From the NCBI GenBank assembly GCA_947085185.1, contig CAMTVK010000017.1, positions 32,001 through 96,000 of the forward strand: a stretch of 64,000 nucleotides of DNA, given 5' to 3'. Each line of letters starts with the position of its first letter. The stretch's first letter is position 1. Positions 1 through 9,145 of the stretch are shown here, in pieces. The DNA comes from Candidatus Fraserbacteria bacterium (GTDB lineage Bacteria; Bipolaricaulota; Bipolaricaulia; RBG-16-55-9; DRXL01). The notes beneath the pieces were generated by a model. That model saw nothing but the letters and a program-made list of their open reading frames with translations, was not told the DNA's origin and searched no databases. Both the position numbers and the translations under genes were made by a program.

Positions 1-584
1 GTTCTCTGGGAGTCGCCGCGCTCGCGGATGTAGACGACGTGGTCGCCCGCGGTGTAGCTATCTATGAGTATGAATTTTGTGTGTTCTTTGTTGGCCCCGG
101 CGACCCAGTTACCGTAGAGACTTGTCCCTAGATCTTCGAGCTTGAGCTTTTGGAGATCGACTCGATACGCTTGATGGAGGGGGCTGATGCGCGGGTCCAC
201 TTGGAAGAACGCATTATTTTTCTCAGCATCGCAATGGTGACAGTGCACTTGCTGGCCCTTGAACTGATCACCGAAGATGGGCTCTGGGATGCCTCCATCT
301 ATGGGGATGAAGCACGGCTGATAGTTCTCGTCGCCGTCGCGGTCGATCATCACCAAGATCTTCTTGAGTTTGGGGAAGACGTAGAACGGCTCGCCACCGA
401 TGAGGGTGGGGTTGTGCAGGGCGATATCTGGGGGCAGGAGGGGCTCCGGGACGCTGCCGCCCTTGTTCATCGCATAGAGGCTGAGTCGTCCCGAGAGATC
501 ACTGATAAAATAAATACGATTGCCCACGATCTGCGGGCTCAAGAAGAGCCGGGCCGACAGCAACGACTCGATGCGAAAGCTCAT
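1..584 (-). CDS. N-terminal part of a probable S9 family (acylaminoacyl/prolyl oligo-) peptidase, running off the window edge
   Basis: Manual translation from ATG at 584 (MSFRIESLLSARLFLSPQIVGNRIYFISDLSGRLSLYAM...DRDGDENYQ) is open to position 1. The 'D.DGDE.YQ' motif resembles S9 propeller domains. ATGA overlap with the upstream ORF. The catalytic domain is not in the window. Confidence 0.6.
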   Translation of the reverse strand, partial: MSFRIESLLSARLFLSPQIVGNRIYFISDLSGRLSLYAMNKGGSVPEPLLPPDIALHNPTLIGGEPFYVFPKLKKILVMIDRDGDENYQPCFIPIDGGIPEPIFGDQFKGQQVHCHHCDAEKNNAFFQVDPRISPLHQAYRVDLQKLKLEDLGTSLYGNWVAGANKEHTKFILIDSYTAGDHVVYIRERGDSQR

Positions 585-907
585 GTGTTCGTTCCTCCCT
601 CTTTTTGGGGTATAGGTGTTGTTTCTAAAACGGTGAGAAGCTGCTCCCCTTTCGGCGTCAGCGCAAACCAATACTCGTCTAATCGCTGACGGTTAGGATG
701 AGCAACGGGCTTCAACTCTGTCTTCGTGGGCTGATAGCACGCTATATACTCTTCCCGGATCAGTTGCCACAGGGTAGATTTGATCTCACTTTCGGGCACA
801 GCTTGCTCGAGCATCCCTCGGATCTGTTTCAGATCTTCGTAGTCGTTAGCCAGAGCGTCGATGATCTGCTCTTGCAGAGTCGTCAACTGTTCGGATTTGG
901 TGCTCAT
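581..907 (-). CDS. Hypothetical 108-aa protein, winged-helix-like, possible immunity/antitoxin
   Basis: ORF coupled by ATGA overlaps at both ends; ends in 'YWFALTPKG', typical of a wHTH wing. Confidence 0.6.
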   Translation of the reverse strand: MSTKSEQLTTLQEQIIDALANDYEDLKQIRGMLEQAVPESEIKSTLWQLIREEYIACYQPTKTELKPVAHPNRQRLDEYWFALTPKGEQLLTVLETTPIPQKEGGTNT

Positions 908-1134
908 GGTTTGACTTTCAGACCTCCCTGCCGGAAATGGTCGTGCACTATTCTACCAGATTTCTCAATGCGATGCCGCGTCACGAGTTCTCCAGTGCGT
1001 AAGTGCTTATAGACAGTCTCAATACTCCAGCCCCCGCGATATTTCCGGCCGCGAGCAGGCTCCTTGCGCTCATCGATAAGCTCCCACTCGCTAGGATCAA
1101 ACGATTGCCCCTTGGGTAAGGGTGGATAAGACAA
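904..1134 (-). CDS. Hypothetical 76-aa basic His-containing protein, possible small toxin
   Basis: TTG start with AAGGGG SD; stop overlaps the next start; H...HDHFR motif. Confidence 0.55.
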   Translation of the reverse strand: MSYPPLPKGQSFDPSEWELIDERKEPARGRKYRGGWSIETVYKHLRTGELVTRHRIEKSGRIVHDHFRQGGLKVKP

Positions 1135-1171
1135 TAGAGCCCCTTGTTTTATCCGTCGTTGCTAGTGAGCA

Positions 1172-1360
1172 TCAATCCTTAGCTTCGTCAATAGTCGTGC
1201 GCATCTGATGGATGGTCTTCTCCATCTGGTCGAGCAGATCTTCTATGGTCTCCCGATCCCACTCTTCGAGAGAATTCTCTAAGTCATCTCGTTGCTGCTT
1301 TAAGTCATCTACAAGGGGATTGAGCTTGTCAATGAGATCTTTCTTCGAGACGTAAGCCAT
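1172..1360 (-). CDS. Small acidic coiled-coil hypothetical protein
   Basis: ATG with GAGGTG SD; heptad pattern. Confidence 0.65.
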   Translation of the reverse strand: MAYVSKKDLIDKLNPLVDDLKQQRDDLENSLEEWDRETIEDLLDQMEKTIHQMRTTIDEAKD

Positions 1361-1408
1361 AGGTAGATCACCTCTGGATTACGAATTTTGAAAGAGCTTT
1401 TTATTATA

Positions 1409-2695
1409 TCAGTCTCCAGAGAACCGAGCAAAGATCGTCTCGACATGTTTGAGGTGATAGGTATAATCAAAGAGTTCATCGAGTTCTTTGGGGCTGAGCA
1501 GTCTTTGAATCTCAGGATACCGAGCCACGAGGGCTTTAAAGTCCTTGCGTTCGGCGAGAGCTTGCGCAGCGAGCCGACCGATGAGCTCATGTGCCTGCGC
1601 TCGCGCCATCCCCTTGTCTATCAGTCTCAGCAAGAGCGCTTGCGAGAAGACCGTCCCATGGCTGCGCCCAAGGTTCTCCCTCATGCGATCTGGATTGACA
1701 ATAAGCTGCTCGATCACGCCCGCCATGCGCACCAAGAGATAGTGCATAGCTAAGAAACTATCGGGGTAGATGATGCGCTCAACTGAAGAGCGAGTCAGGT
1801 CTTGCTCGTGCCAGATTGCCTGATTCTCTAGGGCAGCTAAGGCGTTCATGCGCACGACGCGCGCCAGCCCCGTCAAGGTCTCGCAGGTGCTGGGGTTTTG
1901 CTTGTGCGGCATGGAAGACGACCCATGGGGCTGGCCCTCGCGGACTTCTGAAATTTCGGTGCGATGGAGGTTTCTGATCTCCGTTGCGATCTTCTCTATC
2001 GTTCCCGCGCAGATCGCCAGGGTCGTCAGCACGTGCGCGTGTAAGTCGCGCTGCACGATCTGATTGGAGATGGGCGCAGGAGTCAGCCCTAACTTGGCGC
2101 AGACGCGCCGCTCGACTTCGGGATCTACATGCGCATACGTCCCTACAGAACCCGAAATCTTTCCCACGGAGATGAGTTGTCGCGCTTCGGTGAGACGCGT
2201 GATGTTGCGCTGCATCTCGTCGTACCAGACTAATAATTTCAGCCCGAACGTGATCGGCTCGGCGTGCATCCCGTGGGTGCGCCCGACCATGAGCGTCTTC
2301 TTGTGCTCGAACGCCCGACGCCTGAGCACTGCAGCGAGCTTGGTCGCATCGTCAATGAGAATGGTGAGGGCTTCTTTGCAGGCAAGCCCCAGCGCTGTGT
2401 CTTCGATATCATACGACGTCAGCCCGCGGTGAATATAGCGCCCTTCGGGGCCGATGCTCTCTTCTAGAGCGCGCACGAACGCCAAGAGATCGTGTCCGAT
2501 CTGGGATTCGATCTCTTTCGCTCTGGCGATGTCCAGTCGGGCTCTCTTGATGATTGCTTGGGCAGCTTCTTTGGGGATATATCCCAGTTCGGCTTGGGCT
2601 TCGGTGACCGCGAGCTCGACCTGAAGCCATCGGCGATACTTGGCTTCTTCGGTCCAGAGCTCCTTCATCGGAGGCAGAGAGTATCGTTCGATCAT
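1409..2695 (-). CDS. purB: Adenylosuccinate lyase
   Basis: MIERY start, GRTHG, GSSSMPHKQNP fumarate-lyase signature. Confidence 0.97.
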   Translation of the reverse strand: MIERYSLPPMKELWTEEAKYRRWLQVELAVTEAQAELGYIPKEAAQAIIKRARLDIARAKEIESQIGHDLLAFVRALEESIGPEGRYIHRGLTSYDIEDTALGLACKEALTILIDDATKLAAVLRRRAFEHKKTLMVGRTHGMHAEPITFGLKLLVWYDEMQRNITRLTEARQLISVGKISGSVGTYAHVDPEVERRVCAKLGLTPAPISNQIVQRDLHAHVLTTLAICAGTIEKIATEIRNLHRTEISEVREGQPHGSSSMPHKQNPSTCETLTGLARVVRMNALAALENQAIWHEQDLTRSSVERIIYPDSFLAMHYLLVRMAGVIEQLIVNPDRMRENLGRSHGTVFSQALLLRLIDKGMARAQAHELIGRLAAQALAERKDFKALVARYPEIQRLLSPKELDELFDYTYHLKHVETIFARFSGD

Positions 2696-2698
2696 GAT

Positions 2699-3901
2699 TC
2701 AAATCAATCTCAATGCTTTCCCAACTTTCTTGAACGCGTTAAGCGCAAAGTCTAGGTCTTCTTTGCTATGCATTGCCGTGACGATCGTGCGCACGCGGGC
2801 TTTGTCGCGCGCCACCATGGGAAAGACGATCTCCTGCGCGAAGACCCCCTCTTCAAAGAGTCTTTGGGCAAGCTGCTTAGCGTTGTGGCTGCTGCCCACG
2901 ATCACCGGGGTGATGGGGGTCTCGCTCGCCCCGGTGTTGAAGCCGAGTCTCTTGAGCTCCCTCTTGAAATAGTTCGCGTTCTCCCAGAGCTTTTTCACCA
3001 AGTGCTCCCCTTCGGGGCTTTCTAAAATCTCCACAGCAGCAAGCGCGGCAGCGACCACCGCCGGGGGATGGGCTGTCGAAAGCAGCCAAGGGCGAGCTTT
3101 CTGGATGAGAAATTCTATGAGAGTCTTCGAGCCGGCGATGTAGCCGCCCATTGCCCCAAGAGCTTTGCTGAGCGTGCCCATCTGGACGTCTACTCGTCCG
3201 TGCAGCCCAAAGTGATCGACGGAGCCCCGTCCAGATCTCCCCAAGACCCCCGAGGCATGGGCGTCGTCCACCATGAAGATTAACTCGAACTCTTCAGCTA
3301 TATCTGCAAGCTCTCTCAAAGGAGCGATGTCGCCGTCCATGCTGAAGACAGCATCGGTCACTAAGAGCGCCCGACGATACTTCTGCCGAGTCTCTTTGCA
3401 AAGCTGCCGGAGCACATCTACGTCGCGATGGGGCCATTTTAAAATCTCTGCGCCGCTTAAGCGACAGCCGTCAATGATCGAGCCGTGATTGAGTTCTTCA
3501 GAATAGATCGCGTCACCCTTGCCAACTAACGCGTGAATCGTCCCCAAGTTCGCGGCGAACCCGCTCTGAAAGACCAAAGTTGCCTCGACGCCCTTGAAGC
3601 GCGCAAGCTTCTCTTCTAATTGTTTGTGCAGGGTCATGGTGCCGGCGATGGGGCGGACGGCACCGGCGCCGGCGCCGTACTGATCTATCGCGTTCTTGGC
3701 AGCTTCGCGCATCTTGGGATGGTTCGTTAACCCCAGATAGTTATTCGACGAGAGGTTGACGACTTCCTTGCCGTCGAAGATGGCGCGGGCGCGCTGTTCA
3801 CTTTGGAGTGTGCGCGGCCTCCACACGAAGCCTTGCTCCTCTAAGTTTTTCAGCTCTTGATTCAAGAAGCTCAGACGATCCGTCTTGATGGGGGTTGTCA
3901 T
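2699..3901 (-). CDS. kbl: Glycine C-acetyltransferase / 8-amino-7-oxononanoate synthase family PLP enzyme
   Basis: SSNNYLGL, NHGSIIDG, DDAHASGVLG, GTLSKA (PLP lysine); start placed at ATG 3901 after GGAGGA. Confidence 0.88.
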   Translation of the reverse strand: MTTPIKTDRLSFLNQELKNLEEQGFVWRPRTLQSEQRARAIFDGKEVVNLSSNNYLGLTNHPKMREAAKNAIDQYGAGAGAVRPIAGTMTLHKQLEEKLARFKGVEATLVFQSGFAANLGTIHALVGKGDAIYSEELNHGSIIDGCRLSGAEILKWPHRDVDVLRQLCKETRQKYRRALLVTDAVFSMDGDIAPLRELADIAEEFELIFMVDDAHASGVLGRSGRGSVDHFGLHGRVDVQMGTLSKALGAMGGYIAGSKTLIEFLIQKARPWLLSTAHPPAVVAAALAAVEILESPEGEHLVKKLWENANYFKRELKRLGFNTGASETPITPVIVGSSHNAKQLAQRLFEEGVFAQEIVFPMVARDKARVRTIVTAMHSKEDLDFALNAFKKVGKALRLI

Positions 3902-3992
3902 AGGTTCCTCCCTCGGTCTATAATGTAGCACACGAGCATTTTATACGAACTGCGTCGCAGCGTCAAAAGCACGAAAGAGTAACGGAGGTTCT

Positions 3993-4385
3993 ATGCCCAA
4001 GCGCGTTGTCAAGACCGAAAGAGCCCCCGCAGCCATCGGCCCCTATTCCCAAGCGCTCGTCGCCAACGGCTTTGTTTTTGTCTCTGGACAGATCCCCATC
4101 AACCCTCAGACAGGGCAGCTCGTCACCGGCGATATCCACGCCCAAACTCGTCAGTGCTTGGAAAATCTCAAAGCCATCTTAGAAGCTGCTGGCAGCTCGA
4201 TGGGCAAGCTCGTCAAGGTCACAGTCTTTGCCAAGGATCTCCAAAATTTTCAAGCGATCAACCACGTCTATGCTGAGTATTTCAAAGAAGACCCTCCAGC
4301 TCGATCGTTTGTTGAAGTCTCGAGACTCCCTCGGGACGCCGCGATCGAGATAGAGGGGATCGCGCTGCTGGACACCAATCTTTGA
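3993..4385 (+). CDS. ridA: RidA/YjgF enamine-imine deaminase
   Basis: [27 protein letters not shown] motifs. Confidence 0.95.
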   Translation: MPKRVVKTERAPAAIGPYSQALVANGFVFVSGQIPINPQTGQLVTGDIHAQTRQCLENLKAILEAAGSSMGKLVKVTVFAKDLQNFQAINHVYAEYFKEDPPARSFVEVSRLPRDAAIEIEGIALLDTNL

Positions 4386-4390
4386 GCGCT

Positions 4391-5200
4391 TTAAAAGACT
4401 CCGAACGCTTTCAGCGCCGCGAGCGCACCGATGGCAACACCTAAGGCGCCGATCATCATGTTCGTCTGCATCTGGTTCTCCGCCGCGGCTAGGCGTTTCT
4501 TCAGTCCAGCAGACTCTTCTTGCAATTTCTGCATCTGCGCCGCTTGCTCCTCAAGCTGCCCTTGCAAGACAGAGAGCCCTTCTTCAGTCTTGAGGACTTT
4601 GTTGGTCAGCCCCGAAACGACATTGCCGAGCCCCTTCAGGTGCTCGCGCAGTTCCGCAATCTTCTGAGTCAGCTCGTCGGCCTTTTGGGGGTCTAGGGGC
4701 ATCTTGACCTGTTTTTCTAGCGTGCTCACGCGCTCTTGCAGCGCCATCACTTGATCGTTCAAATTCAACACCTGGCGGACACGATCTTCCATGGTCTTCA
4801 GCCGAACGTTGAGCTGGTCAATCATGCCCTCGCTCTGAAAGATTCTCGACGAGAGCAGATCGAACTTCTCTTTCGTTCCCCGGGCTAAGCCGGCAATGCT
4901 CGTCTCCAAGTTGGCGATCTTGGGCTGGATCTCGTGAGAGATCTTCTTCTCCAAGCCCTGGAGATCGCGAAGCATGCTCTCGGCTCGCTTGAGCTCGAAC
5001 GAGATCTCTTTGACGATATCCCCCAGGCCTGCGGCCTGCTGCACCTGGAACGAGAGGTCTTTGACCATCTGTTCGAGGCGCTTGAAGCCCTGCTCTAACT
5101 TGAAGACTTTCTCGGCCAGCTCGTCTTTGTCAGACTGTGCCCACACAGGCACGGCCAACGCGACCATCACGGCCAGCAGCACGATACCAAGACGCTTCAT
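4391..5200 (-). CDS. Exported long coiled-coil protein with C-terminal membrane anchor
   Basis: Signal peptide (VWA|QS), about 220 aa of heptad repeats, hydrophobic C-terminal helix; AAGGAGG SD. Confidence 0.85.
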   Translation of the reverse strand: MKRLGIVLLAVMVALAVPVWAQSDKDELAEKVFKLEQGFKRLEQMVKDLSFQVQQAAGLGDIVKEISFELKRAESMLRDLQGLEKKISHEIQPKIANLETSIAGLARGTKEKFDLLSSRIFQSEGMIDQLNVRLKTMEDRVRQVLNLNDQVMALQERVSTLEKQVKMPLDPQKADELTQKIAELREHLKGLGNVVSGLTNKVLKTEEGLSVLQGQLEEQAAQMQKLQEESAGLKKRLAAAENQMQTNMMIGALGVAIGALAALKAFGVF

Positions 5201-5376
5201 CGTCGGTTCGTCCTCCTTACATACAGTGTCATATAGTGTGCCTTAGTCTAATAGTAGTCCGAATCACGCCCAAGGACAAAGACTTTCTTAAGTGCGGACG
5301 TTGGGCACCAGACGAAGGAGCAACTTGCGCACGCCTCCCCCCCCTCTGGTATAATACGGCACCAAAGGGGGTGGCT

Positions 5377-6282
5377 ATGGCACGGGTGAGGCACATATGC
5401 GATTTATCAGAACTGACCGAATCTTTTATCAACTCTCTCGACGTCAACCCCGCCTCCATACGCACCTATCGCGAGGGGTTGAAAAATTTCCTCAAGTGGC
5501 GCAATGGCAAGCCTCCGGAAGCGTTGGTCACGCAGAGTGAGATCAAGCTCTATAAAGAATGGTTACGCCAGTGTCGTGCGGCCAACACGGTGGCGACATA
5601 TCTGGTCGCACTGAGAAGGTTCTTTCAGTACTGCGTCGCTGAGGGGGTTTATCCCGAAAACCCAGTGGACAACGTGAAGGGGATTCGGCGGCCACGCGGA
5701 CATTTACGCCAAGACATCTCGCGCGAGGGCCTGCGGGCGCTCTTCGATTCTGTCGATCGTACGACGCTCATGGGGAAGCGCGATTTTGCTATGATGAATT
5801 TAATGGCCCGCAACGGCCTGCGCGTCATCGAGATCGTGCGAGCCAACGTGGGGGACATCGAGAACCGTCGCGGGCGCCAGATCTTAAGAATTTGGGGGAA
5901 GGGCCGCGACGAGCGCGACGAGTTTGTCGTCTTGGCTGAGCCGACGGTGCAGGCGCTCGAAGAATGGCTGGCGGCGCGCGGGGGAGCCAAGTCCAGCGAC
6001 CCGCTCTTTATAGGGGTGCGGGCCCGCAACAAGGGCGGACGCCTCACCACCCGCCAGGTCAACCGTATTATCAATAGATATTTGATCAAGACCGGGCTAA
6101 AGAGTGAGAAGATCTCTCCGCACAGCCTGCGGCACAGCTTCGTGACCCTTGCGATCCAAGGGGGGGCTTCTATCATCGAGGCACAGATCGCCGCAAGACA
6201 TCGTTCCATCGAGACGACACGGGTCTACTTTCACGAGCACGACCGCTTGGAATCCCCTACGGAGGACAAGATCTTGATCTAA
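5377..6282 (+). CDS. Tyrosine recombinase (XerC/XerD-like)
   Basis: SAM-like N-domain, GLR, GKG, HSLRH and RH..IETT.VY catalytic residues; TATAAT at 5350-5355 supports a start at 5371/5377. Confidence 0.93.
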   Translation: MARVRHICDLSELTESFINSLDVNPASIRTYREGLKNFLKWRNGKPPEALVTQSEIKLYKEWLRQCRAANTVATYLVALRRFFQYCVAEGVYPENPVDNVKGIRRPRGHLRQDISREGLRALFDSVDRTTLMGKRDFAMMNLMARNGLRVIEIVRANVGDIENRRGRQILRIWGKGRDERDEFVVLAEPTVQALEEWLAARGGAKSSDPLFIGVRARNKGGRLTTRQVNRIINRYLIKTGLKSEKISPHSLRHSFVTLAIQGGASIIEAQIAARHRSIETTRVYFHEHDRLESPTEDKILI

Positions 6283-6308
6283 GTCCGTTAAGTTTTCTTA
6301 ACGGACTT
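6281..6308. other. dif-like recombination site (11-6-11 perfect inverted repeat)
   Basis: AAGTCCGTTAA-GTTTTC-TTAACGGACTT overlapping the recombinase stop codon; no U-tract on either strand. Confidence 0.55.
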
Positions 6309-6419
6309 ATGGTGCTCGCACAAGACCAAATAAAAAGCCCGCAGTTGGCTTCCGGCTCTTTATATGGAGGGGGATTAAGCTAGGGGGCGGAAGCCAAAAG
6401 AGGCGTGCTTGAGGGCGTG

Positions 6420-6448
6420 TTGACAAGATTTGCCCTTTGTATTAAGCT
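6420..6448 (+). promoter_or_regulatory. Sigma70-type promoter of corA
   Basis: TTGACA-17 bp-TAAGCT. Confidence 0.65.
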
Positions 6449-6462
6449 CTAAGCTGCTGGAG

Positions 6463-7443
6463 GTGAGACACCTGCGAACGTTTGTCTACGAAGAAGGTCA
6501 GGGATTGCTGACCGATCTCCCTCTCTCCGAGCTTGCGGCCAAGGTCGGCCAAGCCGGGGTGACGTTCTGGCTGGACTTTCCTAGACCAGAAGCCCCTGAA
6601 ATCCAGAAGATGGGAGAGCTGTTCAACCTCCATCCCCTCGCGATCGAAGACTTGCTCACCCCTCAGTATCGCCCCAAGATAGATACCTACGATAACGGGT
6701 TGATGATCGTGTTGCGCGACGCCGACGTAGATCGCATCGAGAAGAACATGAGCGCCCTGGAGCTCGATCTCTTCTTGGGGAGAAATTTTCTCATCACCGT
6801 GCACGCTGAGCGCATGGAGTGCATCGAGATGGCCATTGCGCGGCTCAACGGTGCGGCCGCGCGCATCCTCGGCCGCGGCCCTGATTACTTGGCTCATACG
6901 ATCATTGATCTCTTAGTTGATGGCAACTTGCAGTTGCTCAGCTGGCTCGATGAGGAGATCAACGAGCTGGAAGAGGCGATCTTCAGCAACCCCGATAAAG
7001 CCGCGCTGCACCGTGCCACAAAGTTGCGCAAGAATATCATCTATCTCCAGCGGGTCTTGGGACCGCAGCTCGAATTGATCCGTCGTCTCTCAGGCGACGA
7101 CCTGCCGTTCATCAAGAAGAGCCTGCGCGTCTATTTCCGCGATGTCTACGATAACCTGGCCCGCATCAACGATCTCATCTTCACCTATCGCGAAGTGATC
7201 TCCACCGATATGGCCATCCATCAAGCGCTCATCTCCAACAAGCTCAACGAGATCATGAAGACGTTGACGATCATTGCCACGATCTTCCTCCCCTTGACGT
7301 TCATCGCGAGCATCTACGGCATGAACTTTGAGTTCATGCCGGAGCTGCGCTATCCATGGGGATATCCTGCGGTGCTTGGTGTGATGGGGCTTTTGGGGGG
7401 CCTTATGTTCTGGTGGTTCAAGCGTCGGGGGTGGTTCGAGTGA
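6463..7443 (+). CDS. corA: Magnesium/cobalt transporter CorA
   Basis: LHPLAIED, RPK, YGMNF signature, MPEL, two C-terminal TM helices; exact start uncertain. Confidence 0.95.
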   Translation: MRHLRTFVYEEGQGLLTDLPLSELAAKVGQAGVTFWLDFPRPEAPEIQKMGELFNLHPLAIEDLLTPQYRPKIDTYDNGLMIVLRDADVDRIEKNMSALELDLFLGRNFLITVHAERMECIEMAIARLNGAAARILGRGPDYLAHTIIDLLVDGNLQLLSWLDEEINELEEAIFSNPDKAALHRATKLRKNIIYLQRVLGPQLELIRRLSGDDLPFIKKSLRVYFRDVYDNLARINDLIFTYREVISTDMAIHQALISNKLNEIMKTLTIIATIFLPLTFIASIYGMNFEFMPELRYPWGYPAVLGVMGLLGGLMFWWFKRRGWFE

Positions 7444-8077
7444 GCTTCGTGAGCAAGAGCCACAGGCCATCTCCAGCTTGCCCAACTCTCACTGCCCCAA
7501 AGCGCTGAGCTTGCTTGATCCATCTTCGGACCAGCCAGCCTGGCACCCGTGACCCCGAGGTGAACGCGATCACCATCTGGCCTCCCGGCCGCAAGACGCG
7601 CGCCATCTCCGCAAAGTGCGGCGGCCCGTTGTGCAGCGTGACCAGATCAAAGCTCTCATCCGCAAATGGCAGCCTCGCCGTGTCCGCCCGCACAAATTCA
7701 ACGTGAAGCACGCGGGTTCGCGCTTGAGCCAGCATCTCTTCCGCTAAGTCCGTCGCGATGATCTTCGCGTCTGGGAAGAGTTTTTTTAGCTTGTGTGCGA
7801 CAAAGCCCGTCCCGGTGTTGACGTCAAGAATCTCTTGAGGGTGCACGGAGAGGGCGTGCAGTCCTGCTTCGAGGGCTTGGGCGTAGCGCGCCCCTTCAAG
7901 CTCTATGACCAGAGCGTCGTAGTGTTGCGCCTGATGCCGATAGTGCCACGCATTCAGCCGCTCGTACCAGCTGGGGAAGCCCTTGACAAAGAGCAAGCTC
8001 ATCACTATATAGGAGAGATCAATGAGCGGGCTGATGATTCTCTGCTGGATCCAACGGCGCCTATGCTTTGGGGTCAT
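7418..8077 (-). CDS. Class I SAM-dependent methyltransferase
   Basis: ILDVNTGTG, LPFADESFD, RVLRPGG. Confidence 0.9.
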   Translation of the reverse strand: MTPKHRRRWIQQRIISPLIDLSYIVMSLLFVKGFPSWYERLNAWHYRHQAQHYDALVIELEGARYAQALEAGLHALSVHPQEILDVNTGTGFVAHKLKKLFPDAKIIATDLAEEMLAQARTRVLHVEFVRADTARLPFADESFDLVTLHNGPPHFAEMARVLRPGGQMVIAFTSGSRVPGWLVRRWIKQAQRFGAVRVGQAGDGLWLLLTKLTRTTPDA

Positions 8078-8400
8078 AGCTCTGCCCGGACTTGCTCATA
8101 CAGCCATCTTAGATAATCTTCGCTCCCAGCGACTACAGGGACAGCCAAGATCTCCGGCACCTCGTACGAGTGCAATGCTTTGATGGTCTCTTCTATCTGA
8201 GCAAAGAACTTTCTCTCTGTCTTCGCAATGCAAAGCCATTCTTCGGATTGTTCGATCCTTCCCTGCCACCAGTACGAGCTCTCAATTGGCCCTATAACCT
8301 GCACGCACCCGACAAGACGCTTCTCCAACAATGCCATGGCGATCTTCTCGCCCTCTTCCTTGCTCGCGACCGTTGTGACAACCTGAACGTACTCTGACAT
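8074..8400 (-). CDS. cutA: Divalent-cation tolerance protein CutA
   Basis: SYWWQG, HSYEVPEI, YLRW. Confidence 0.95.
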   Translation of the reverse strand: MSEYVQVVTTVASKEEGEKIAMALLEKRLVGCVQVIGPIESSYWWQGRIEQSEEWLCIAKTERKFFAQIEETIKALHSYEVPEILAVPVVAGSEDYLRWLYEQVRAEL

Positions 8401-8407
8401 AGGATGC

Positions 8408-9037
8408 TCACGCTGCTAACTCTTTAAGAAATCTTAGCACGACAGCGATCTCGTCTTCGGCGAGAGACTTTTCGGCGCGCGCTAGGCTCAGCACGTCGTC
8501 CCAGGTGACGAGCGAGTAGAGCGCGATCCCGTGCGCGCGCAGGGTATCGCGCGCTCTGTGCAGCCCGGCCTCGCGCGAAAGATATTCGAACACACAGAGA
8601 CAGTGCTGCACCGTGCCCCCGGCACTCTCGATCCCTCGCTTGAAATTGAGCTTGCTCCCCCCATCAGTGACCAAATCTTCGACGAGCAAGACGCGCTGCC
8701 CCGACTCTAAGACGCCCTCGATTTGAGAAGACTTTCCGTAGCCCTTAGGCTCTTTACGCACGTAGATCATGGGCCTGCTGAGCTTCTCAGCTAAGAGCGC
8801 GGCATAGGCGATCCCCGCCGTCTCGCCCCCGGCAATGACGTCTATCTTGGAGAGCCCAATGCGCTCTTGAGCGATCTGCGCGAACGACTCGATAATCTGC
8901 GTGCGAATCTGGGGGAAGGAGATGAGGCGCCGCACGTCCACATAGACCGGCGAGAGCCGCCCCGACGCAAGCCGAAACGGTTCGTGTGGGCGAATCTGCA
9001 CCGAACGAGTCCGCAAGAGCTGCTGCGCTAGGTTCAT
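8408..9037 (-). CDS. pyrE: Orotate phosphoribosyltransferase
   Basis: FRLASGRLSPVYVD, RKEPKGYG, LVEDLVTDGGS. Confidence 0.95.
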   Translation of the reverse strand: MNLAQQLLRTRSVQIRPHEPFRLASGRLSPVYVDVRRLISFPQIRTQIIESFAQIAQERIGLSKIDVIAGGETAGIAYAALLAEKLSRPMIYVRKEPKGYGKSSQIEGVLESGQRVLLVEDLVTDGGSKLNFKRGIESAGGTVQHCLCVFEYLSREAGLHRARDTLRAHGIALYSLVTWDDVLSLARAEKSLAEDEIAVVLRFLKELAA

Positions 9038-9045
9038 CGCGAAAT

Positions 9046-9074
9046 ATCATACTTATCCGAAAGGAGGCAGTCAA
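9046..9074 (-). promoter_or_regulatory. Sigma70-type promoter, leaderless pyrE transcript
   Basis: TTGACT-17 bp-TATGAT, 8 nt before the ATG, no SD. Confidence 0.7.
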
Positions 9075-9145
9075 GAGCTCCATTTGCCTTCCCCTAGGAA
9101 GCTTGCTATAAATAAGTCATCGAAAACATCTTGAGGGAGGTTCGT

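Noticed and set aside
150..689. 179-aa plus-strand ORF
   Set aside because: Antisense shadow of the minus-strand peptidase-like CDS starting at 584.
5137..5376. N-terminal extensions in the ORF track (recombinase; likewise pyrC, trmD, rpsP, rsmI, cmk and 36375)
   Set aside because: They overlap neighbouring genes or promoters; downstream starts have an SD or -10 element and match family N-termini.
6280..6309. Palindrome as an intrinsic terminator
   Set aside because: AT-rich stem with no U-tract on either strand; the geometry fits a recombinase site better, though a terminator role is not fully excluded.
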